This document shows positions 22,990-34,318 of a DNA stretch of 64,000 bases, one piece after another. Origin of the DNA: Mustelus asterias (taxonomy: Eukaryota). The stretch lies in NCBI RefSeq assembly GCF_964213995.1, contig NC_135815.1:2356001-2420000 (forward strand), in the 5' to 3' direction. The position numbers and the translations under genes are program-made. Numbering within the stretch: the stretch's first letter is position 1; each line of letters opens with the position of its first letter. Below the pieces are notes generated by a model. The model had not been told where the DNA came from. It saw only the letters and a program-made list of their open reading frames with translations, and made no database searches.

Positions 22990-25900
22990 CCATGGGATGG
23001 TCTTCATCTGAATCATGCTGGGATCAGAGTCCTAGCAAATTGCATTACTAAGGCAGTAGATAGGGCTTTAAACTGAATAGGGGGTGGGGCGAGTGTTCAG
23101 TTGTCGGGGAAATTAGAAAACCCAAATTGAAGGAGGATGTAAGAGTGCTGGTTAGCGATGTGGCCGATGGTTACCAGACAATAAAAGAGAAGGACAGAAC
23201 AGGTGAATGTCTTAATGCACCAAGGAATTATAAAAGAGTCGGTAAATTTACCAGGAGAACAAATTACAAAGCTTTGTATCTGAATGCACAAAACATTCCG
23301 AACAATGAAGGAAATTGTCATCGACTTCAGGAAGTGTAAAGGAGAACGGGGAGGAAGTAGACAGGGTCGAGAGCTTCAAGTTTTTAGGTATCCAGATCAC
23401 CACCAACCTGTCCTGGTCCCCCCATGCCGACACTATAGTTACGAAAGCCCACCAACGCCTTTATTTTCTCAGAAGACTAAGGAAATTCGGCATGTCAGAT
23501 CCAACTCTCACTAACCTTTACAGATGCACCATAGAAAGCATTCTTTCTGGTTGTATCACAGCTTGGTATGGCTCCTGATCTGTTCAAGACCGCAAGAAAC
23601 GACAAAATGTTGTGCATGTCGCTCAATCCATCACGCAAACCAGCCTCCCATCCATTGACTCTGTCTACACTTCCTGCTGCCTCGGCAAAGCAGCCAGCAT
23701 AATTAAGGACCCCACACACCCTGGACATTCTCTCTTCCATCTTCTTCTGTCAGGAAAATGACACAAAAATCTGAGGTCACGTACCAACCGACTCAAGAAC
23801 AGCTTCTTCCCTGCTGCTGTCAGACTTTTGAATGGACTTACCTCACATTAAGTTGATTTTTCTCTGCACCCTAGCTATGACTGTAACACTGCATTCTGCA
23901 CTCTCTCGTTTCCTCCTCTATGAACGCTATGCTTTGTCTGTATAGCGAGCAAGAAACAATACTTTTCACTGTATGTTAATACATTAGACAATAATAAATC
24001 AAATCAAATCAAATCAAAATCAAAATTAATGAGTTCACAGCGCAAATAGGAACAGAAGGGTATGATTTGGTGGCAATTACTGAGACATGGTCACAAGGAG
24101 ATCAAGTCTGGGAATTGAATATCCAGGGGTACTCAGCATTTCGGAAAGATAGACAGAAAAGAAAAGGAGGTGGTGTAGCTTTTCTAGTGAAGGAAGGGAT
24201 CCGTGCTGTAATGAGAAATGACATAAGCACGGGAGATCGAGATGTGGAATCAGTCTGAGTCGAAATAAGAAATAGCAAAGGAAAGAAGTGCTTGGTGGGA
24301 GTAATCTATAGGTCCCCAAGCAGTAGTTCTGCAGTGGGGCACAGTATAAACCAGGAAATACTGGGGGCAAGAAAGGCACGGTAATAATCATGGGTGATTT
24401 TAATATGCATATTGATTGGAAGAATCAAATAGGCAAAAGTAGCCTGGAGGCAGAGTTCATTGAATGTATTAGAGATTGTTTCCTGGAACAGTATGTTGTG
24501 GAACCAGCCAGGGAGGAGGCGACTCTGGATTTGGTATTGTGTAGGGACGAGGGATTAATTGATGACCTCATAGTTAAGGATCCTCTGGGGAGCAGTGGCC
24601 ATGGTGTGATAGAATTCAAAATCCAGTTTGGGGGTGAGAAAGTGGAGTCTCACACTCGCGTTCTGGAATTAAACAAAGGAAATTACAATGACATGAGGAC
24701 AGAGTTGGCCCAAGTAGAGTGGGCAGGATGGCTGAAAGGCCGGACAGTGGATGAGCAGTGGCTGTTGTTTAAGGAGATACTCAAGTCCTCACAATTCAAA
24801 CATATCCCAGTGAGGAAGAAAGATGGGAAGGGGGGTAAAAAACATCCATGGCTAAACAAGGAGGTCATGGACAATATAAAGACAAAAACTAAGGTGTACC
24901 ATATTGCAAAGACCAGCAGCAGGCTGGAAGGTTGGGAAACTTTCAAACATAAATAAAGGGATACTAAAAAAGTAATAAAAAGGGGCAAGGTAAATTACAA
25001 ACGAAAACCAGTGCAAAAGGATCATAAAAGCTTCTATCGGTATGTAAAAGGGAAGAGAGTCGCTCAGGTGAATGTTGGTCCCTTGGAAGATGAAACCGGA
25101 GAGTTAATAGTGGGAAACATTGAAATGGCAGAGATTCTAAATCAATACTTTGCCTCAGTTTTCACAGTGGAGGACACCAGTACCATTCCTCTAGGAACAG
25201 GCAAATCAGAGGCAATAGAAAGGGGAGAACTTAGAACGATCAACATTGATAAGAAAAGGTACTCAGCAAACTATTGGGATTGAGGGCAGTTCAGTCCCCC
25301 AGGCCTGATGGCCAACATCGTAGGGTATTAAAGGAAGTGGCGGCGGAGATGGTGGATCCTTTGGTTAGAATATTCCAAAATTCCCTGGACACAGGAAAGA
25401 TTCCAATGGATTGGAAAAATGCTAATGTCATGCCCTTATTCAGAAAGGGAGAGAGGCAAAATGTCGGAAATGCCAGACCAGTTAGTTTAACATCTGTTGT
25501 TGGGAAAGTGTTAGAATCAATTATCAAGGAAGCAATATCAGGACATTTGGAAAATCAAAACACTATCCATCAGAGTCAGCATGGTTATATGAAAGGCAAA
25601 TCATGTTTGACTAATTTGCTAGAGTTCTTTGAGGATGTAACAAGCAAAGTGGATAATGGGGTTGCTGTAGATGCAGTATATCTGGACTTCTGGAAGGCAT
25701 TTGAGAAGGTGCCGCACAAAAGGTTAATTCACAAGGTTAGATCACATGGGATTAGGGTAATTTATTAGCTTGGATAGGTGATTGGCTGATGGACAGAAGG
25801 CAGAGAGTTGGGATAAATATTTTTTTTCTGGATGGCAAGAAGTACCTAGTGGGCTGCCACAGGGTTCAGTCCTTGGACCCCAGCTATTTAGAATCTATAT

Positions 25901-26870
25901 TAATGACTTGGATACAGGGATGGGATAGAAGGCTCTATAGCCAAATTTGCAGTTGACACAAAAATAGGTAGGACAGTAAGTTGCAATGAGGAAATAAGAA
26001 CTTTTCAAATGGATGCAGATAGGTTAGGAGAGTGGGCCATAATGTGGCAGATGGAGTTTAAGGGGATAAGTGTGAGGTCATGCATCTTGGTTGGAAAATG
26101 GGAAGGCGACTTATTATCTAAATGGGGAGAGACTTTGGGGAGCTCCGGTGCAGAGGGATCTGGGTGTCCTCGTTCATGACTCACAGAAAACTAACATGCA
26201 GCTACAGCAGACAATAAAGAAAGCAAATGGAATGTTGACATTTATAGCTAAAGGAATAGAATATAAAGGTGAGGAAGTATTTCTGCAACTATACAAGGCA
26301 TTGGTGAGGCCGCACCTGGAGTATTGTGCACAGTTTTGGTCCCCGTATTAGAGGAAAGATGCAGTGGCATTGGAGGCAGTTCAGAGAAGGTTCACTAGAT
26401 TGATTCCAGAGATGAGGGGTTTGTCGTATGAAGAGAGATTGAACAGTTTAGGCCGATACTCTCTGGAATTTAGAAGGATGAGAGGAGATCAAATTGAGGT
26501 ATACAAGATGATAAAAGGTTTGGATAAAGTAGACGTGGAGCGGATGCTTCCTCTTGTGGGGCATTCTAGGACGAGAGGTCATAGTCTCAAGATAAGGGGC
26601 AGCAAATTTAAAACAGAGTTGAGGAGAAACTACTTCTCCCAAAGGGTTGTGAATCTGTGGAATTCGCTACCCCAAAGTGCGGTGGATGCTGGGACAGTGA
26701 GTAAATTTAAGGAGGAGTTAGACAGATTTTTAATTGGTAATGGGCTGAAGGGTTATGGGGAGAAGGCAGGAAAATGAGGATGAGGAACATATCAGCCATG
26801 ATCGAATGGCGGAGCGGACTCGATGGGCTGAATGCCCAATTCTGCTCCTATATCTTATGAACTTATGACA
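22990..26870 (+). mobile_element. Degenerate long CR1 (ORF1 end, ORF2, 3' tail)
   Basis: ITETW, MGDFN, RT motifs across several frameshifted ORFs. Confidence 0.9.
23300..24020 (+). mobile_element. Rex1/Babar-like LINE 3' fragment nested in the CR1
   Basis: QRLYFLRRLRKFG..YRCTIESILSGCITAWYG; AATAAA followed by (TCAAA)n tail. Confidence 0.75.
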
Positions 26871-27521
26871 AGAGGTAAATGTGAGGGAGCCAATCCCTGA
26901 TCCTCCAGCTGGCATTTCCATGTTGGCAAAGGGCACGGAGCCAGCGGGGGTCCCAGGAGAGGCAGATTGAGGGAAATACACGTCAGGCAGTGAGTCAGTG
27001 CTGGATCTCACTGGAAGATTTTGGGTGGAATTCTCCGATCCCGCCCGCGGAGAGTTTGGTGACGTCGGGAGCAGAGAATCCAGCAGGAAGGAAAAAGTCG
27101 GAATCCCACCAGGATTAAAGAAGTTTGTAAATCCTCCTAAAGACGGGGTTATGGCAGGTCAGTGACCCTGCTGCCTGGCGGCAGGAATACAATTTGCATT
27201 AATTTGCATCTCATGAATACTCATTAAACAGCTGCTCACAGAAATCCCATCAGGCTGACCAATCACGTGTCACGCCAGCGGGAAATCATGTCAGCCTCAA
27301 AGCCGTTTGATAAACAGTGATGTGAAGATGGATCTCAGTTCACTCGAGACTTTGAGGTGAGTGGAACACACATATCCGAGTTGCCATAGCGCGGTGCCAC
27401 TCCTGCCGCTGGTTTTTCACACGCTACCCCTTACACCGAGCCTGTATCAGCCAATCAATTTACTAATTTCCTGTGGTGTGATGCTTGTTATTTTGCCAAT
27501 GCTGCCTCACAGCAGCTGAAA

Positions 27522-27710
27522 TACCAAATCACCAAATCACTAAATCACTGAATCACCAAATCAACAAATCACCAAATGAATAAATCACCAAATCATGAGA
27601 TCATCAAATCACCAAATCACTAAATCACTGAATCACCAAATCAACAAATCACCAAATGAATAAATCACCAAATGAATAAATCATCAAATCATCAAATCAC
27701 CAAATCACTC
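27522..27710. repeat. 8-bp tandem repeat (AAATCACC)n
   Basis: Direct inspection. Confidence 0.9.
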
Positions 27711-28432
27711 GCCTCTACTCCTGCAGCTGGGCAGGACCACATTCTGAAGGGTGAAAAAGTTAGAAAGAAAAAGCTCCTCTCTTTCCCTCTGCAGCGAATT
27801 CCCACTTTGATCCGAATTCTCCAATACACTCAGTGTGTGCGCTGGGAAAAGTCCTTTTCTTATTCAGAGCTGTGAAGAGGCATCACACTGACCTCTCAGC
27901 CCTGCAATCCAGGCTCAGGGTTTGTCCCACTATCTGTCAGGCTCCTTCCCCAAGAGTCTCCAGCTTCAGCCCCTGTTGCTTGTTTGTGCTCCCAGCACCC
28001 AGTCAGTCTGGGTGGGGTTTGTGTGGATTTAGTAATGAATAATCAGGCAGGTTTAATTCATAATCTGACTGGAACGGGACATTTAGCAAACCGTGATCAT
28101 AACATGGGAGAGTTTGACATTAGGTTTGAGACAGAGAAAGATCACTCATACACAAAGCTTTGAAACTGAGGTAAGGCTGCCTTTGCAGGAAAGAGGCATG
28201 AAGTCAACATGTTAAACTGGGAAGCTGAGCGAAGCTATTGATTCATAAACCTACAGAAGAACATTGAGAAGTATTGAAATTAATGTTCAGCACAATACAA
28301 TGCAATAGATATTCATCGAGAATAAAAATATCCACTTGCAAAGTTAAGCAGCTGTATGAGGTGAGACAGAATATAAAGTCAAAGGAAGAAGCTGGCACAC
28401 AGGCCAGGAAACCAAAATAAAAGAATGATCCG

Positions 28433-30011
28433 TGTTATAATCCAGGTCAGAAACTCCAAGGTGTTTTATGGAGTCAGCTTAGACCTTAGGCTTTAGATTT
28501 AATTTTGCCATGAGGGTGAGCATAAGATGATTCGAATGACCCACTGGGGAGCTTTTATCAAACAATGTTTATTTCAGAATACAGTCAACAAATAATGAAA
28601 CAATTAGCAATAACTTTGACCAATTACAAACAAGAAAAAAAACAACTATGATCTCAAATAAATCTTAACAGCTTCAAAACCTTTTCCAACACAATCGGTG
28701 AGATTCTCCAGCCTCCCAGGCAAGTGTTTCCCGCTGGCAGGAGGAGGCATGTTGTTTGCTAGCAGCGGGATTCTCTGGTACCCCTGCTGTCAATGGGAAT
28801 TCCCTCTGTCATCACCCCACACACGGGCGGGTGTGTGCTGCCGGCAGGACCGGAGAATCCCACCGGTGAGAATTCCAGCCAATATTCTTACCAACATGCA
28901 CCCCAGTTTCGGTTTAACACAGAAATTAAGTATGCTCACATGATGCTGGGTCTTGCAGCTTTGCAACACCTGCTGTGACTTAGTCCTTTGGATGGAGAAT
29001 TGAAACTCTGACTTCGCTGTCCTGGAGCTCCCAGCAGACCTCGAGGTAGAGAGACAGCCACTGCTGGCCGCCAGCATTTAGGCAGCAAACCACTTCAGGA
29101 AACAGAGGCAACCCTTGCCTCTCGTTACTAGCTAGCCACCCCCAAGAGCTAAATTTCCAATCCCAGGGACAGACAGAGAAATACTGCTTGCAGTCTGTAG
29201 CCATAACAGCTTCTAACTAAAACTGACAGTGAAGAGTCTGGATTTCCCTGTGAAATAAAAATGTCCAGAAGCACCTGAACTATTCAAACAGTCTTCCTCC
29301 AACAATTCAAAAGGGTTGTAAAACTCATAACACCCCAGGACATTACATTAGGCCCAAATTAAAGGTAAACAAAAACCCTATTGTATCATTCTAGCAACAA
29401 TGAAAGGGCATCGGATCAGACAGCTCGGGCCCATGACATAAAAAACAGGTTATAGAGTCATAGAGTCATAGAGGTTTACAGCATGGAAACAGACCCTTCA
29501 GCCCAACTTGTCCATGCTGGTCCTTTTTTAACCTGTAAGCTTGTCCCAATTGCCTGCATTTGGCCCATATCCCTCTTTACCGCTCTTATCCAAATAACTG
29601 TTTAAACGCTTTTCAAAAGACAAAATTGTACCCGCCTCTACTACTAGCTCTGGCACCACCCTCTGTGTGAAAACATTGTCCCTCTGGACCCTTTTGTATC
29701 CCTCCCCTCTCATCTTAAACCTATGCCCTGCAGTTTTAGACTCCCCGACCTTTGGGAAAAGATATTTACTAGCTGGCTGATCTATGCCCCTCATTATTTT
29801 ATAGACCTCTATAAGATCACCCCCAAACCTCCTACGCTCCAGAGAAAAAAGTCCCAGCCTATCCAGCCTCTCCTTATAACTCAAACCATCAAGTCCCGGT
29901 AGTCCTCGTAAACCTTTTCTGAACTCTTCCTAGTTTAATAATATCCTTTCTACAATAGGGTGACCAGAAACATGATTAAAATACATTTTTAAAAGGCACA
30001 GTATCGTCACA
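28433..30011 (-). mobile_element. Solo LTR with nested CR1 3' fragment (29455-29970)
   Basis: TGTTATAA...GTCACA termini; family similarity to 8224-9386. Confidence 0.6.
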
Positions 30012-33005
30012 TATGTGAGAAATATCAAAAACAATAATAGAATAAAATTAATGTAAATATCGATGTCTCGGCCAATTTTATTTCCCATTTCTAATTGCCC
30101 TTCAGAAGATGGTGGCTGGTTGCATTGTATTCTTGAACCGATGCAATCCTTCTAGGGTAGGGAAACCCACAGTGCTGTTAGGAAGGGGATCAGGTGGGAG
30201 TGGTTTTGCATGGACCTACCTCAATTAATTTTATCTTTCTCTACACCCGAGCTATGATGTAACACTTCATTCTGCACTCTCTCCTTTCCTTCTCTATGTA
30301 CGGTATGCTCTGTCTGTAGAGCGTGCAAGAAACAATATTTTTCACTGAAGACGAATACATGTGACAATAATAAATCAAATCAAATCAAATCGAGTTTTGA
30401 AGCTGCTGTCGAAGGAGCCTTGGTGAATTGCTGCACTGCATCTTGTAGATGGTACACACGGCTGTCACTGTGCTCCACTGGTGGAGGAAGTGAATGTTGA
30501 AGGTGGTGGATGGGTGCCAATCAAACGGGCTGCTTTGTCCTGGATGGTGTTGAGCTTCTTGAGTGTTATTGGAGCTGCACTCTTCCAGGCAAGTGGGGAG
30601 TATTCCATCACACTCCTGACCTGTGCCTTGGTGGACAGGCTTTGGGGAGTCAGGTGGTGAGTTATTCTGTGCAGAATATCTGTTCCCTCAGCTGCTCTTG
30701 TATCCACAGTATTTGTCTAGCTACATAGCTCACCACCACCATCCCAAAGGCAATTAGGGATAGACAATAAATGCTGGTCTTATAGCGACACCCACTTGGA
30801 ATGAAAGAAAAACACTCATTCCCCAAAACTCAGCTGCTACGGAAGGATGTGATAACAAGAATGGGGAAACCAAGCTGGACAGCTGGAGCTGCGAACGGAG
30901 AGGTTTGCAGCAGTGAAAACTCAACTCTAGATGATCTCAGTCACTCGACTCTTGCAGCCACTGAACTGAAGCGAAGAATCCTGGGATAAAATGAAGCAGA
31001 GCTTCAGCAATTCAAACACTCAGAGGGAAAGTGGGAAGAGAGTTTCAGGCAGCAGTGGAGGTTCGCTGACAGGGAAATCCAAATCCTGTCATTAGAAATG
31101 AAACTAAGACAAGATGGAGCAGATAGACCCAAACTGACAGGAAATCAATGAGGTAGCACTTCACCAAAATAGATTCAGAAATCTGTAACCAGGCAGCAAA
31201 AGAGCAGAATAAAGAGGGTCAGTGCGGAACACAGAGTGAATTAGCACAGCAGTATAGAATAGAATCACAGAATCACTGCAGTGCAGAAGGAGGCTATTCG
31301 GCCCATCGAGACTGCACAGATTCTCCAAAAGAGCAGCTCACACAGGCCCTATCCCCATGGCACCAAAGATTTACCATTCCCAATCCACCTAAACCTAGTC
31401 ATCTTGGGACACTAAGGGGCAATTTGGCCACTCAACTTAACCTAAATATCTTTGGAGTGTGTGAGTAAACCAGAGCTCCCGAAGGAAACCCATACAAACG
31501 TGGAAAGGACATGCAAACTCCACACAGACAGTTACCCAAGGCCGGAAACAAACCTGGGTCCCCGACACTGTGAGGCAGCAGTGCTAACCACTGTGCCACC
31601 GTAGAAGCAACAGGAGAGAAAACTATTCCAGGGTAACTCAAAAGCTTTGAGAAACTAAGGTGGAACACAAGAACAGGGACGGGGGCAACAATCAGACCTT
31701 CTGATACAAAACAAGATCCCGGTCAGAGCAGTCTCGGGCCAACAGAGAATGAGCTGGTTTGAGACACAATGAACTTCCCCAGACAAAGGAAGAAGGATTG
31801 AACATGATGCTGTGGTATTATCACTGAACGGTGAGGGAAACACACCTTAGACATTACAACCTGCAATTCACTTGTCATGGTGTTGAGGTTCGAGTATAAC
31901 TGGTGGTTTTGTGGATTTGATGACAGGATGTGGTTTGTTGCTGTGTACTAGTTATACTCTCGTTTCCCATCTGATCTGAAACCTCTGTCTGGGAATTTAC
32001 TGAGGCTGTTGCGAGCTTCTAATCTCTATCAGTAACAACGTTCCATGTCGCTGGGTGAGCTCATGGCCAGGAATTGCTGTGGATTGAACAGTTTCTGAAT
32101 ATGTTTCAGACACATTAAGGGACATATTTGATTTCGTAATGAGCCAGAAATCATTAATAATCTGGTAGTAAAAGCAAGAAAGACTTGTAATCATACAGCA
32201 CACCTCACACCTACTCGACATCTCAAGGTGCTTTCCAGACAATGACCTTCTTTTGAAGTGTAGTCACTGTTTAAATGTAGGAAACATCAGCCAATAAGGT
32301 CGCAGCCTGAGTAATCCTGGCGGGGAATTCAGATGGGAGAAAAACAAAGCTTGGAATGGGAATTTGAAAATCAATAATCGAAGGCTGCAGAAACAAAGGC
32401 CTGCATCAAATCAAGTCAAAATACCCAATAATGTTCAAAATACAGAATGAAAAGCACTCTGTCTGAATGCTCACAGCATTCACAACAAATAGGTAAATTG
32501 ATGACACAAAGAGAAGCAAACAGGAATGATCTAATAGGCATTACGGAGACACGGCTGCTGGGTGACCAAGGCTGGGGACTGAATGTTCAAGGATATTCAA
32601 CATTTAGGAAGTGCAGGAAAAAAGAAACAGGAGGTGGGGTAGTGTTGCTAGTGGTGGGGTGGCACGGTGGCACAGTGGTTAACACTGCTGCCTCGCAGTG
32701 CACACAAATACACCCACTTAATGTACAGACTGTCACCCAAACCCATTGTCACATGAAACAGGAAAGAATGGCAGAACTCTCAGTTCTGTGACCCGTGTTC
32801 CCAGCCTGTGTAATTCTGTGTCAGATACACGAAACTATCTCAATACAGTGATAAATTCTCCTGTAAGGCTCATCTCCAGTTCTGAATGTTCTAACTGTTG
32901 AATCCACACACAATACAGGAGCCGACACACACAGCAGCACAAACCAGGGAGAGTTATTTTATAACAAGTGAAACTTCTCCAAACCAAACCATAACTTGTA
33001 CTTAC

Positions 33006-33057
33006 CCCCAGAAACACAGAGGGACAGAGTCACAGCAAAAAGAGTATCACTGATCAT
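33006..33057 (-). CDS. Signal-peptide (leader) exon MISDTLFAVTLSLCVSG, phase 1
   Basis: ATG, hydrophobic core, GTAAGT donor; same strand as and in phase with the VJ exon. Confidence 0.75.
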
Positions 33058-33237
33058 CTTGACAGAGTGACAATCCTGTTTCTTCACACCGTTTACTGTA
33101 TGTCCAGTAAACACATTGAAACACAAAGTGTCCCAGCAACTGCAGCTGATTTAATATCCTTTTCTTCACCAGCGAAGGAAGTTAAAGAGTAGATAAAGAG
33201 GAAGCGGTGACAGTGAGCCAATGGCTGCTCCCCTTTC
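33058..33237 (-). promoter_or_regulatory. Putative promoter/5'UTR of the leader exon
   Basis: CCAAT box, two ETS-like CTTCCT, GATA site, TATTAAA, E-box CAGCTG. Confidence 0.45.
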
Positions 33238-33930
33238 ATTGGCTCCTCACATCAGCTGGAGCCTGACATCGAGAGTATTTAGTACCACTTAAAGCTAAAG
33301 TATAGGAGCATTGCTGCTGCTGGTGATGCTGTGATCATTCACAATACTCTGCAATGCAGGGCCCACCCTGGGGGGAGGGGGGAGAAACGAGGGGAGACAC
33401 GCGGAAACTACAGACCCCAACTGAACCCCGAGAGAGTTTTGACGTGAGCCAGTGGGTTGACAAGAGAGGGATGTAAGGGGATGTTTGGCAATGGAGAGAA
33501 GATGGAAAGAGCTTCCTTTGCATTCCAGGATGATGCTGGGGTAGCGAATGGTTTTGGGAGGGGATAGCAGGGCCTGATGGTGCCTGAGTGGCCCATCCAG
33601 TGATGCCAATGATTGGTGAAAGCAGTTGCAGCCGTTGCTATCTGTGAGCCATGGATTGAAGGGAGTGAGGTGGGTTCATCCCAAGGGTAATAACCATGGG
33701 GAGAGAGAGGAATTTACTGATGAAAATGACCTCAAAGGTGGGGCTGAAGGTGTGATTGAGCAGAACAGTGGCTCCAAATGGAGAGGCAAAGGTTGGCCCA
33801 CTAAGTGTTTGAAACCTCCTTTGGAAATTACTGACAGATTTTACGAATTATACCGGAACCCAAACGATTCTTTAAGTTGAATAGAGTTCAGATACCGGCC
33901 AATCAGGATCCAATTTGAATGCTGCAACAG
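33238..33930 (+). repeat. Duplicated unit, copy A (partial)
   Basis: Near-identical to 34434-35127 and to 39412-39955+42670-42818. Confidence 0.92.
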
Positions 33931-34318
33931 TTATAAGTGACGTTTATCATTTATAGAGTGAAGCTCCCCACAATAAGTTGGTTTAACATGAAGAGTTCAC
34001 ACAGTGAGGGAGACATTAGCTACAGAAATGTAGATAGTTGGAACATTTATTGAAAATCACTGGAACCAAATCCTCTGTCCCTTGGTAACTAGAACAACTA
34101 GCATTTATATAGGCCCTTAAACATAGAAAATCCTCACAGGATTGTCCACAGGAGAGAAAATAAACTAAATTTACATCAAAGCAAAGAAGGAGACATGAGG
34201 ACAAATAACCAGAAACTCGATCCTGGGCAGAGTGTTCAAGAGGAGAGAAAACTGACATGGGGACTGATTGGAAACCCCGCGCCCCCCCCCCCCCCCCGCC
34301 CCCCCTCCCCCGGCTCGA

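Larger units (their letters stand above)
28038..33237 (-). repeat. Left arm of large inverted duplication
   Basis: Reverse complement of 58802-64000; mirrored ORF translations are nearly identical. Confidence 0.95.
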
